In this document: in pieces, positions 1 through 11,100 of the stretch
How the letters are laid out: every line of letters starts with the position of its first letter
How positions within the stretch are numbered: the stretch's first letter is position 1
Assembly: GCA_048013815.1 (NCBI GenBank)
Contig: CM106585.1
Location: 22,692,001 to 22,756,000 of the forward strand
Length of the DNA stretch: 64,000 nt
Direction: 5' to 3'
Source: Setoptus koraiensis
Lineage: Eukaryota; Animalia; Arthropoda
Notes under the pieces: generated by a model
What the model was told of the DNA's origin: nothing
Seen by the model: only the letters and a program-made list of their open reading frames with translations
The model's database searches: none
Translations under genes and position numbers: made by a program

Positions 1-2072
1 AGAATCTTCCTTTTTCGAATTCCAATATATGATTTTGATTCTGGTCCCGCTTCAAAACATGTATCGTTTTGATAGGAACTTGTGAAATTGTCTCGTAAAC
101 TTAGCTTCGAAATCATCAATTTCAGGTTATCACTATGACTTGAGTTTTTAGTTTGATTAGTATAAGCACCGCTATAATGATTGATATTTCTGTTATTCCT
201 TATGGAAGTTATTAGATATTTGCCATCACAGTTGATTACCATCAATAAAATAGTGGCCAATATTTTATCTTCTTGACAATCTAAAATGTAAGATGAGAAC
301 ATATCAACGCACTGTTTAAAAATTCGTTTTGCCTCCAGATGTTCGCCAGACTCTTTGAGGAGATGAATCTGAGCCCTTATATTCAATAAAAGATTTCTTC
401 TAGTTTCATGTATCATCGTATTACAATCGGCGTCATCGTCTCCAAGCGACGCTATTTTCATTCTAGCTCGATTTGTGAATTTGACCATTTGATACTCTAA
501 AACGAAGTTATTCAAGGGCGCCTTACTGTCAAGGATTCGTTGTTGCAACATTCTTAAATCATTCATTGAGGATAGGCCATCACATCCTGTGAGCTTCGTG
601 TCTATTGAGAATGACATTTCCATTATTTGCCGCTCGATAATAAGCATCACAAAAAAATAATTCAGATCATCGTGACACAGTGGAGTAATCAGATTAAGTA
701 GGGCTAGCTTCTCATCGAGATTTTTGTTTTTCTGACATAGTGAGTCAAATTTTGAACCTATGAGAAGTAGTTTGAATATCCAATATATTGAGGCATTTCT
801 GCAAGCAACATTGAAAAGACCATTGAATAGTAGCTCTAGTTGCTCAGGTATACCAGTCATCATGTGAAAATTAGCAACATACTCAAATGAGCTAAATACT
901 AAGTCGCAAACAGCAAATCTTATCCACCTATGATCCATAACGATTGTCGCAGTATCCTTGGTGTCCGCGGGCTTAGTTTTGAAGCTTTCTTCGTAGCAGC
1001 GTCTCATCATCGCACCCAAATATCGGTTGAAGAAGAAGAAATCCCTGCAAATAATTGAACGATTTGGGAAGTATCTTATGTATCTCAAAATGAAAGACCT
1101 GGCAAGAATTCTCGCATAATAATGTTGGAGCTTATCGTCTTGCTTGATATCGATCACTTTTTCTAAGCGACAAAGAATAGATTCTTCATCAGTTAGTTTC
1201 ACCTCCGAATCAGATTCCATTAAAGCTAATTCACATTCGAGAGTAAGAAACAAAATAGATTCATAGTTTGAATGATCATGGGTGCTTGTGAGTTTTCTTG
1301 CTGACTTCATAAGATTTCTAGCTGCTTTGACAAAACCAATGTCAACGAAAGTTTTGATAAGAAGATAATTAGCATGAACAAGAGCATTTGGTGTTACAGC
1401 GGGTACCATTTGGAATAAATTGACAAGTAAGTCAGCGGACTTGAGTTGGTAATTTGTTACCCTGAAAAATTTGAAAAAATAGCAAGAGTAAATCACGTGA
1501 TGGGTTAGACCTAATCTGAGGGCTAGTTTTGAATTGAAGGTCACTTGAGTGTCACATATTGCTTGATGCCACTGATCTATGGCTGACTGAAGATATTTGA
1601 TGTGGTTGAAGTATGATGATGACGACAAATATTGTTCATCTTGCTGGCGTTGTGTCTGATTTTGTTGCTCGCAAGAGTTTAGGCATTCGATTTGTGGCGG
1701 AACTGTACACTTGAATCTCGAACCAATATATTCGTTGCAATCTGAATTCAATTTCTTCTTGTTAGACAGCTTGGCATTGTATTCGAGCAACAGTTGGTTT
1801 TGCTGCCATTGATAGACGGAATCATCTAGTATTTTGGCCTCAAGTCTGTGCAGTTCAAAATAGCTACTGCCCAAGAAAAGGTATCTAATATCAGCCGGTA
1901 TACAGGGACATTGCTTTGTATCATGCTCGCTAATGAGATCGATGACATTCTGGGCCTCTTGCAAATTTTTAGCCAGCTTGGTTTGATCCAGCCATGTCAT
2001 TTTAGACAGAATTGTTTTGCACAGGTCGCACTTCAATCCACGTGCATGGGGGGCTCTTTGGGGTGCCACCAT
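1..2072 (-). CDS. 5' part (>=690 aa, runs off the window) of a large alpha-helical protein; tentatively the separase N-terminal TPR/HEAT-like region
   Basis: Hand translation of the minus strand is stop-free from ATG 2072 (MVAPQRAPHARGLKCDLCK...) to base 3 (...GIRKRKI). It is absent from the ORF track, probably because it has no stop in the window. The segment HRWIRFAVCDLVFSSFEYVANFHMMTGIPEQLELLFNGLFNVACRNASIYWIFKLLLIG loosely recalls a helical repeat of vertebrate separase. The CDS is well supported; the identity is weak. Confidence 0.7.
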   Translation of the reverse strand, partial: MVAPQRAPHARGLKCDLCKTILSKMTWLDQTKLAKNLQEAQNVIDLISEHDTKQCPCIPADIRYLFLGSSYFELHRLEAKILDDSVYQWQQNQLLLEYNAKLSNKKKLNSDCNEYIGSRFKCTVPPQIECLNSCEQQNQTQRQQDEQYLSSSSYFNHIKYLQSAIDQWHQAICDTQVTFNSKLALRLGLTHHVIYSCYFFKFFRVTNYQLKSADLLVNLFQMVPAVTPNALVHANYLLIKTFVDIGFVKAARNLMKSARKLTSTHDHSNYESILFLTLECELALMESDSEVKLTDEESILCRLEKVIDIKQDDKLQHYYARILARSFILRYIRYFPNRSIICRDFFFFNRYLGAMMRRCYEESFKTKPADTKDTATIVMDHRWIRFAVCDLVFSSFEYVANFHMMTGIPEQLELLFNGLFNVACRNASIYWIFKLLLIGSKFDSLCQKNKNLDEKLALLNLITPLCHDDLNYFFVMLIIERQIMEMSFSIDTKLTGCDGLSSMNDLRMLQQRILDSKAPLNNFVLEYQMVKFTNRARMKIASLGDDDADCNTMIHETRRNLLLNIRAQIHLLKESGEHLEAKRIFKQCVDMFSSYILDCQEDKILATILLMVINCDGKYLITSIRNNRNINHYSGAYTNQTKNSSHSDNLKLMISKLSLRDNFTSSYQNDTCFEAGPESKSYIGIRKRKI

Positions 2073-2558
2073 CACTTCCTTGGAATGGATCACTCAATAA
2101 GGGCTAAGAATAATAAATTGTACAGCAGGAAAAGTCTTAGTGATAATTTCATTGTCCAGCAGTATATATGAGATATCCTTATCATCGTGGTGTCCGTGCA
2201 CAGAATACGCAATTACGCACGTGTGACCATCCGTATGCGTTTTTTCCCATTTCTTTTTTAGGCCGCCAGGGCGACGCATCGTTTGGCGGCAAATCGGGTT
2301 CAAAAAATCGATCTTCAGCGCCCCCTAGCGCACTATGCGCGCACTAAATACAGGTGAAACATACATCAGTCACACAAGCAATAGGCCCCCTATCGGCCAG
2401 TACTAGAAACATGAGATTCTGAACATGAAAAAAAAATCAGAAATGTTAGGTTTCCTTTGGAGCGAGCTCGCCCGGCCTCTCTTCGTTGGTTATATCGAAA
2501 CGGTTGTTCCAACTTTTTGGTTCGTGAAGCTAGATATTGATTGTTTATTCCAACTACA

Positions 2559-3329
2559 ATGGCGCTATATCAGGCAGGTAAAACTCTCAAGGATCTTGTT
2601 GAGAATCTCAAGCGTAAGTAGAATTGAAACAATCAGCTTCGTTTCGAAAGGGAGATACAAACAAGACGAAACTCATTTCAAAACCATTCTTGCCATTCAC
2701 ATACTCAAGTTAAGGGACTAATAGAAGATGCCCTCGTTGAAAGGACTATGCTAAAAGTAGATCGTGCCAACTATTGCCCCAACAATGCCTATGAAGACAC
2801 GCCAATACAAATTGGTTACAATGCAACCATATCTGCCCCTCACATGCATGCCAAAGCTCTGGAGGTACTCAGGGATCATCTTCATTCCGAGGCCAAAGTT
2901 CTGGACGTGGGCTCTGGCTCAGGTTACCTGACGGCCTGTATGGCTCTAATGACTGAACCAAATGGTAAAGTATTTGGTATAGAGCATATACCTGAGCTAG
3001 TCAGTAGGTCGAAAGCAAACGTAGAGAAGGATCAGCCAGGCTTATTACAGTCAGGACGCCTGAAATTTGTAACTGGGGACGGACGTGTTGGTCTCGCCCA
3101 AGAGGCTCCCTTTGATGTGATACATGTTGGCGCTACAGCGCCCGGATTGCCTGTTGAACTGATCGAACAACTCAACAAAGGTGGTCGAATGGTTGTTCCA
3201 ATTCAAAAAGATATAGATAATCAGATATTTGAGCAAATCGATAAACTACCCAACGGGGAAATAAGAAGAAAAGAGCTCCTACGTGTTCGGTATGTACCCC
3301 TCACTGACCGCAAATATCAATTAGATTGA
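2559..3329 (+). CDS. PCMT1: Protein-L-isoaspartate O-methyltransferase, 224 aa, 2 exons (2559-2613, 2710-3329)
   Basis: TISAPHMHA, SAM motif VLDVGSGSGYL, GDGRVG, PFDVIHVGA and C-terminal YVPLTD are present. The N-terminus MALYQAGKTLKDLVENLK is recovered through a phase-1 intron, GTAAGT(2614) to AAG(2709). Confidence 0.95.
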
Positions 3330-3860
3330 AAATTAGTTTACTCTCAGCAGTGATCGACAGTTCTGAAATTTCCGAATATATCACGTGAATTTGAGATCTC
3401 TATAAATAAAACAAGACGAATTAGGTTGGTTACCTCTATCAACCAAATTAAAGCCTTTCGACAAGGTAAATAGCAACAAAATGTTATTGATGTTAGTTAA
3501 CAAACACGCGCATGAAAGAATACTCAACAATTGTACGAAGTTATCATCTCTGCGACAGCAGCGTTAACAAATTGTTTTTTTCTCTCTTAATTAGTTGACA
3601 CCTCGTGGTAGCATTAAGTTGAAATACTAGACTCACTCAATGACAAGTTGTTAGTGACCTAAGTGAATAAACTCCGACAAATTAAAAAAGAGTTCATTTC
3701 AATAGCATTGAGATAATTTTTGAGTAATTGGATATCAATTTGCGTTGGAGTTTGGATAACTAGGTTCTTAGGTGTATTCTATAATGTTTTCAATAATTTT
3801 GTCTTGAGGAGGCGTGATGGCAGGATAGGGGAAGGGAAAGTGGTTTGATAGTTTTTGGTA

Positions 3861-4870
3861 TCAATCGTCAGGCGTAGATGTGTCGGATAGAACCACGATC
3901 AAATCCAAAGCGGCCCCAGTCAATGAAACAGGTTTCCAGTCGCCTTTAGGTAATACGAGTCTCGGTAATGATGCACAAATTTCCTTTAATCGTTTTTGTT
4001 CGGGACATGCAGACTCTAATAAATCACCAACGACTGAGTCAAACATCTCTTCGGCTACTGGAGTATATTGGGTACACTGTGGCCCAATATCGACTATTGC
4101 TTTCTTTTGTGTGATAAATGTTAGGTTAGATTTTAGGTATCTCATTAGTTTTCAGATCCATTGGGAGGCAACAACAAATTCAGCCATTACAATAGTTAGG
4201 TGACACTTACATCTTTGTATTCAGCCGCAGCGCAACATGCATGATTAAATCTATCCCTCCATTTCATGTTAGCCGTTGTTATTACCTGAACAGAGGATAT
4301 GATTTCTCGTTCGCTTTGAGTATATTCCTTTTTCTTGAACTAATATTGAGCAAACGTCGTGATTAATTAGTTTCAATGAGCTGATTTGTGATTGTCTGTT
4401 GGATGTTTGCCTTAAGAATGGGAATACGGAACTCACCTTGTCGAGGCAGGCGAAAGTTTGCTGAAATCTTTTGGCTGACTCACCATCCATATTGGCACAC
4501 AATTTCTTAGAGTGCCGTTGGCGTCCATTCTGAAACGATTGTAAAGTCCTTCTAGCCACGTTACTGAGACATTTTCCTTGCACCTTGAGACATTTCAAAC
4601 CATCTCCTATACGATCGCATGATCTTCTAAACTCTTGATCGTTTTTAGGAAAGGAATTGAAAGATGTTGTAAAGGAATAGGTGGCCAAAGAAGAGCACCT
4701 ATCTATTACTTCGACATGATTCGTACAATTCGTACCATCTTTCAGTTTTGCTTGACGAGGCGCTCCGGTGACCAACACTAAACCAGAGCGATCAAAGTGA
4801 TAAGATACAATTCGTTGGATCTGTAGTGAAATTGTATGCAGTTAGGGGATCGCGACGCCATTTTCTGCAT
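3861..4870 (-). CDS. Secreted Cys-rich protein of a chelicerate-type (DUF19-like) family; exons ~4870-4437, 4339-4211, 4103-3861; apparent 1-nt frameshift near 4781
   Basis: GT..AG introns 4436-4340 and 4210-4104 join C..C..C..C (NCTNH...DRC...SCDR...KCLK...KCL...LC...CLDK) to FKKK...HACCAAAEYKD and KAIVDIGPQC...GDLLESAC, giving the CC-x16-C spacing I recall for this family. The signal-peptide-like N-terminus is out of frame by one base. Family assignment is from memory, not a search. Confidence 0.65.
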
Positions 4871-6655
4871 TGATAGTGATGAAAACTTACCTGTAAGGTG
4901 CAAAAATACAACAAAAGTTCCAACTATGAACTCATACTTGACTTTTCTACTGGACCCATTACTACGGCCTAATCTGAAGATTGCTACATTAAACATATTA
5001 ACTTATCGCTAGCTGGATTGCTACTGATTAAAAAATTTGGTCTAATTTTCATTAAATTCTTTTCTCCAATGTGCTCAAATGAAAAGAGGCGGTGCATCGG
5101 CGATGGGTGATTATGATTCGATGAGGTGAGACTCCTGGGTCTCACAGTAGATCCAACCACAGCAAGAATAATGCCAGTCCAATCTTGTATCAAACAAATG
5201 GCTAGGAGAGTCGTGAAAAGGACAGGCAACAATTTTTGTAGAAAAACACGTTTTGCAAGTATCTGATCAATGGATCACATCAAGTGAACGTCTAGAGAAG
5301 AAAAATTGTATGAACGCGAATGATTTATCCTTACGTGGCTTTGACTTGTCTATGTATCTTTAGGAGTCAGCTAGAAGAAAAAAATCACTAAATTGTCTAA
5401 TTTCTTTAAAGTCTGTACCATTCGGATTTGGTAAACCGGAGCGAAAAATTTCAACTGCAGACTAACTTGCCAAACATGTCATAAAGTTGAAACACGTGCA
5501 AAAAACTCGGCAACAAACCAAACAGTGCTCAAATATTCATCTCTCTTTTATTTGATGTACCGGTTGCTAAAAAAGGATTTGAGTAGTCAACAGTGACGGT
5601 TATAAGTCGCCTGACTAGTAAGAGAAGTTTCAATTATACAAATCTTTCAATGAAAATCAAGAATATAAATCAATGTCGACCGACATCTTTTAAAAGCATT
5701 TGATTGACTTGATAGTACATGAAGCCTGTTATCAACTTTTATCTCATCTATCTACTATATTACTAGTGACTTGTTAACAAACGGAAGTTCGCATGTCTCT
5801 AAGCTATTCAAATTAACACAAGGAAACTTATCTAATATCTTTATCGACTTAGATGGACATCGTGTATGGGTAATTCAGTTACGAACAATCTTTATTCGCT
5901 GAATTGTCTGCGTTTTCGTAGATCACAGAAGCAACAACAACAAGTACACAACCACAATAGATTAATCATGCAACCAGTGAAACTAACATGTAAGCATCTG
6001 TCTTTCGGTACCGTACTATTCACTTTTGTATGTTTAGTACAAGGGTCGGCAACTTTTTACAATCAACTCAACGTAGCAATTTTTGGAATCATTTTTGTCA
6101 AACAGGTTTTCACCATCGCGCTAGCCGACATGGCGATGAGGTCACAATATTTCGCAGGTAGAATGTATTCTGAGAGGCCATCATTACTTCTGTTCTATAC
6201 CGAGACATTTCAGAGGAATTTTAGAAAGAATCATACACGTAATCACATGATGGATTACCAATTATAGTTTTATTTCTATCACTAAAGTTAATCAAAAAGT
6301 AAGTCATTAAAATAACGCCAACCAGTATCAGGTTATTAGGAAGCATTAAAAGTCTCCGGCCAGCTTAATAATTGGCGATATAGACTCAAAACAGATGAGT
6401 GAGTCTGTCTTCAATGGGATTGCCTAGAGATCACTTAAGGAGTTAACACTCTTGGAGTAATTAGAATCTTGTTGCTAAATAATTAATCTATATCGATTAT
6501 GGGCCTCTTAAAGTTGAATTTCCAGTCTCCCTTTCGGTTCGTCGAAATTTTTCTTCTATCTGTTTTTATTATTGAACCAATATGTCGACTAAAACACATG
6601 GGATGGTCATGAAGTCCGTTGCGATGATGATGAGCATATTAAATATAAGTCTATA

Positions 6656-8125
6656 TTAAGTATTATTAGTAGTTTTAATATTGACACTGAGGATTGTAGA
6701 GTATGAGCAAAAAACAAGTATAGCAACACCTATAATTAGGAGCGCCTTGGCTAGCAATCTCTCTGTAAATGTGTGCTCTCCAATTTTGATAAAAGTGAGA
6801 GCCGGCAATATAAAACAAACGGTGGTCCCAGCGGTGGATCCAATAATGCCTAATATAAATTCTATATGCGGTAGCATCACAGATAAGCTTATAGTTATAA
6901 TAATCAATATTACTGTTAACAACCTAAATTGAAAATCTGATATATACAATCTAGCTGGACCAGTGGTGGAGCCCAATGGGCTAGATTGGGGGCTATCATC
7001 AGCTCCGATGGATGTGTCTGTAGATGTGGCCAGATGATAATTGGCAGTTTTAGAGAGGCTTGAGCCATTTGATGATCCCCGATGAGATTGCTTGGTATTG
7101 GCGTTGTTGTTGCTATTGTTAGCAATAGTGCAACTATCACCAATATTATTCATGCCGACCAGAGTCATGGCCGATGGAGAGGTCGGTAAATGATGGAAAT
7201 GGGTGGATTTTTTAAAGTTTCCTATTATTAGAGAATGGACAGATGTTCTGCATGGAAATAGGCATAATGGAAAACTCATTAACAGGGTAACAATAAATCC
7301 TATCTTAGTTAGTGTCGTTGTTAATGATGGTGCAAACGCTAGCAAGATGTTACCACTTAGTATTTGATCATTGAAGGCCATATAACCCAATAGTCCTACG
7401 GTTACATAAACAAATGAACAAATGTAAATAGCTTGTCGAACAATGGCGTTGTTCTTTTTAATGGCCAAATTGTCGCATGTTATGCTGGAGCTATCAAATA
7501 TTTCAAATAGTGATGTCTGGCACGACATGGCCATACTAAATATGGGAAATGTGGTCAATAGACCTGATGTGTTCCAGTAGGTTATTTTATCAAAATATTT
7601 TATGTTCACTGTACCAGATAACTTGTCTGTTGTCTCAAACATTAATTTTAATATAAGGCACGAATATAATATAAGTGACAACAATGAGAATGATGTCAAA
7701 CTATCTACACTCCTTAATAGTCCCAATGGTAATGCAACAAATGCACTTAAAACAATCATTGATATTATTTTAAGCTGTGGATTGTATTTAATATCAAATA
7801 ATTCACAAATGATCTTGGGCGCTAAATCTCCTATCATAATAAAATAGGCAACACATGTACCCAATAGAAAGCCAATGAGGCCGAGTTCGACGAGCACTCG
7901 GCCAAAATGGCCCAAAACATCGTGGACAATAAGTTCAAAGCTTCGTCTTCTTGATATAAATGCCGATTTGAGTAAAAAGCTGCATGATAGTCTAGTGAGA
8001 AATCCGCTTATTATGATTAATAAAATGGACAACAATACGCCACTTTTTTCAAAGCAATAAGGCATGGCTAATATGGACACACCGATGATGCTGTTGCCTA
8101 AATTAACGGTCTTACTGAAAGACAT
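6656..8125 (-). CDS. SLC38A10: SLC38A10-like amino acid transporter (AAAP family), intronless, 489 aa
   Basis: NSIIGVSILAMPYCF, GTCVAYFIMIGDL, PIFSMAMSCQ, GNIL, SFPLCLFPCR and ILGIIGSTAGTTVCFILPA match the human SLC38A10 TM core in order; about 11 hydrophobic segments. Confidence 0.88.
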   Translation of the reverse strand: MSFSKTVNLGNSIIGVSILAMPYCFEKSGVLLSILLIIISGFLTRLSCSFLLKSAFISRRRSFELIVHDVLGHFGRVLVELGLIGFLLGTCVAYFIMIGDLAPKIICELFDIKYNPQLKIISMIVLSAFVALPLGLLRSVDSLTSFSLLSLILYSCLILKLMFETTDKLSGTVNIKYFDKITYWNTSGLLTTFPIFSMAMSCQTSLFEIFDSSSITCDNLAIKKNNAIVRQAIYICSFVYVTVGLLGYMAFNDQILSGNILLAFAPSLTTTLTKIGFIVTLLMSFPLCLFPCRTSVHSLIIGNFKKSTHFHHLPTSPSAMTLVGMNNIGDSCTIANNSNNNANTKQSHRGSSNGSSLSKTANYHLATSTDTSIGADDSPQSSPLGSTTGPARLYISDFQFRLLTVILIIITISLSVMLPHIEFILGIIGSTAGTTVCFILPALTFIKIGEHTFTERLLAKALLIIGVAILVFCSYSTILSVNIKTTNNT

Positions 8126-11100
8126 GATGACGATATTTACGATCCTATTTCAGTAATGTAATTTAGTACAATAGTAATAATAATAATGAGGATAATAATA
8201 ATAATAATAATGGTAATCAAATAATCTTTTTTTTCTATACTACGAATCCAAATGGCTCAGGTGACGAGTGGAGCTTTCAGTGGTAGTATCAGCATGTTGA
8301 TAGCGAGAACAGTTGTTGTTTCCTATTAATAGACATCACGGTTGCTCTTGTTGTTATGTCTTTCGATGAAATAATTTTGTGTAGGGCGATGATAATATAT
8401 GTAAATATATTAAATGGTTATATTTGCAATTGTGTACGTTGTACCATAATAGTGATAGATAGATATAAATGAGAGTTTTCACATCGGAAAATATCAACGT
8501 CACACTTATCTATGGTGAACATCAGGAATGCCACAGTTGGTGATCCCATTCTATGGTCTTCTATGGATTGCAAGCCATGAAAAGGCGGCAGTCAGAAATC
8601 AGTTATGGCAACAACCCGTTCCTGCTTGTAACTGCTGCTTTGTGTTTGCTTCTATCCATTTGCTTGTTGGTGTCCAATTTTGTTGTTGATTTAATTCGGA
8701 CCACCACCAATCTGTGTTAATTTATTAATATCAGCTCACTGGTCGTTTACAAGTGGAATTAGAATGGTCGCCAACAGTTATGTCAAATTAACAACTATCT
8801 TGTAGTAACTCAAACATCGAATATCGTCACCTCATGGTGCGAGCGCTTGCAGTCCACAGAATTGTATAACAAAAATTAAATTTGATGATTGTTGTGCAAT
8901 CATGATAACACAATCATGCTATAAGTTGGGCACGTTCTTTTGTTATCTATTCGATTGATCACTAATTAGTGAATCGAAGCTCAACGCCAGATGAATGTTG
9001 ACCAAAAAATAGTCGTGGCAGTGTCGAAAGTCCATCCTAAACTAATAACTTTGAAACCAAGTGATGTGGTGAGATGGGATATATATTTCAATCTAATTGG
9101 CATTCTAATGGTGCCCATAAACAAATGCTAGCATTAATCGTTTCAATGGGCTTGTTAGTAGAAGACTCGAGCTTAAGAGTTGAAAGCGTAGTGAGGCGCG
9201 GGCCACTCAAGTGAGGATAGAGCTCACTGGGGCGGAACTCTCATTAGAATCATTCAGACTGTAGAGCAGCTAACGAAGTATGTGATTGCCGAGTGAAAGC
9301 TGTCCAGATTTTTATGAACGCACAATGAAGGATACAGAACAAACACTGATAAAATAACTTCAAGCAGTTAGAACAGTTTGTGGAAGCGAGCTAAACATAG
9401 AATGAAAAAATGAGCAGCGACAACATAATTAGTTCTAACATTAAAGCAGTTTGAGCAAATTATGACTATCAAGCGACAGTGTTATTGTCTAAGTGAATAG
9501 AACAAAAAGTAAAGTACAGTGGTATGTTGACAGATGAGAATGCTAATTAGCATAAACTTAGCGAATCCATTTGAGTTACAATAACTGTGAATGGTTCATC
9601 CGAAGTCGAATGTCAACAAATCCGTTGGACAGTGTCAATGTTTATGCAATTAGTCAATATGCTCGGCAGGAAAGACGCTAGTGCTGTTGCATCACTGATC
9701 TATACTAATTCTATACTAATCTATACTATTTTATCGGATCAGAGAGCTATGTCCGTTGGCCCAATCTCACTCTTTGTTGTAATTAAGGCTTTTAACTGTT
9801 TCATACATAACCGACGACTGCATGAACTCGCTGTCAGAGATGACAAGAGAACTAAAGTTTGTTTGATGCTTTTGCACAGGATAATCGAGCAATCATTTAG
9901 GCACTAATCTGTTTGCGTTTCATGTAGGATCATCCCTGAAAGGTGAGACGATTGTTGAGCGATAGATGAAGCAAAATTGTCAAGCAATTCACTATGGCTT
10001 ATAACTGTATGTTGCAGCCGTCAGTTATAACAATCAGCTTATCATCGCCAGATTGTGCACAATCACTATTAATTTGTTGTGTGGGACATGTTATCACAGC
10101 GGATTAGGTGCGTTGTTTTCTCTCAAAGTTCATTACCATTGATCATGATTATCATGGATGATAATAATATCTAATTATGATAATGTTTTCATATCAATGT
10201 GGCCGTTGTTGTGTGTCAGAGCAACGAGATATCAAGTGGCCAACAAATTATTATTATGACTCTGTTCTGTGTCCATCAAATTAGTGGGCGAGCTAACCAC
10301 GAGCCTAACACCAATAGGCGGGTCGCTAGATCTAGACGTGAAAGCGGCGCTATTGATCTTGTAAATAGTGTGTTATACTGGAGTAAGTGGCATCGAGTAA
10401 ATAATAATAACAATAACAATGGGCTCATTGTCAGTCTGTCCGCATTTAGCTTACTGGCAAATTGTTTGCGCTGCTTTCAATGGGGACCTAGGTGCACATA
10501 TAATTCTCATGGCACCGTCTACGACATCAACTTGTCAGTCCTTTTCACAACTGCTAACAACTGGCCCGCAACTAGCCCACAACTAGCCGTGTTCGATGGA
10601 GGCCCGATTTGCCTCTTTACCTAGTCGTCGTCATTGTGTTGGTGAGCTCATGAGTTGAGGGTAAGGCACGATTGCAAAAGTGCACACCAGTCAATGTTGC
10701 CCAGACGCGAGAACCAACTCACTTCTCTCGCTTGTCTAGATTCTAGACAGGCCCTGAGCACAGTTATAAACACAGTAAATAAACGTGAATACAGTATAGA
10801 GACCTAAATACAGACCGGAATAGTCGTAAATAGATTATTGTGTAGTGCTAACTTTTACCACTACTGCTGCCAGGCCAGGCCAAAGTAACAGAATACAGCT
10901 AGTACATAACGGTGAGTTAGATGAAATTAGGTGTAAGGTTGAGCGCTAGATACAGCGCCTGTTTGCTGTTTCACTGTTTCTATTAGGAGAATTACGTAAT
11001 TCTATTTGTTTGGATTGCGCGTTGAGCAGCAGCAGCTAACTGGTTGTAGTTGCGTTCAGTAACGGCTAGAGGCGCTTCTCGTGGGGGCCTATCACAAGAG

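Noticed and set aside
2094-2303. 69-aa ORF in the same frame as, and one stop upstream of, the large left-edge ORF
   Set aside because: It covers promoter-like GC boxes, has no coding signature, and nothing supports readthrough of the TGA at 2094-2096.
4885-4895. Strong acceptor immediately followed by strong donor (TTACAG|GTAAGT, minus strand)
   Set aside because: Looks like a recursive site, but the surrounding introns are tiny; an ordinary 5'-leader donor is simpler.
4984-5232. Signal-peptide-like ORF upstream of the Cys-rich gene
   Set aside because: No ATG before the upstream in-frame stop, and no splice combination I tried joined it to the mature domain in frame.
5866-6267. 133-aa + strand ORF
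   Set aside because: No recognisable family or motif; cannot be distinguished from a chance ORF without expression data.
9245-9265. AGAATCATTCAGACTG resembling RNase P RNA CR-V
   Set aside because: No complementary GAAGGTCTGA-type CR-I/P4 strand in the preceding ~400 nt.
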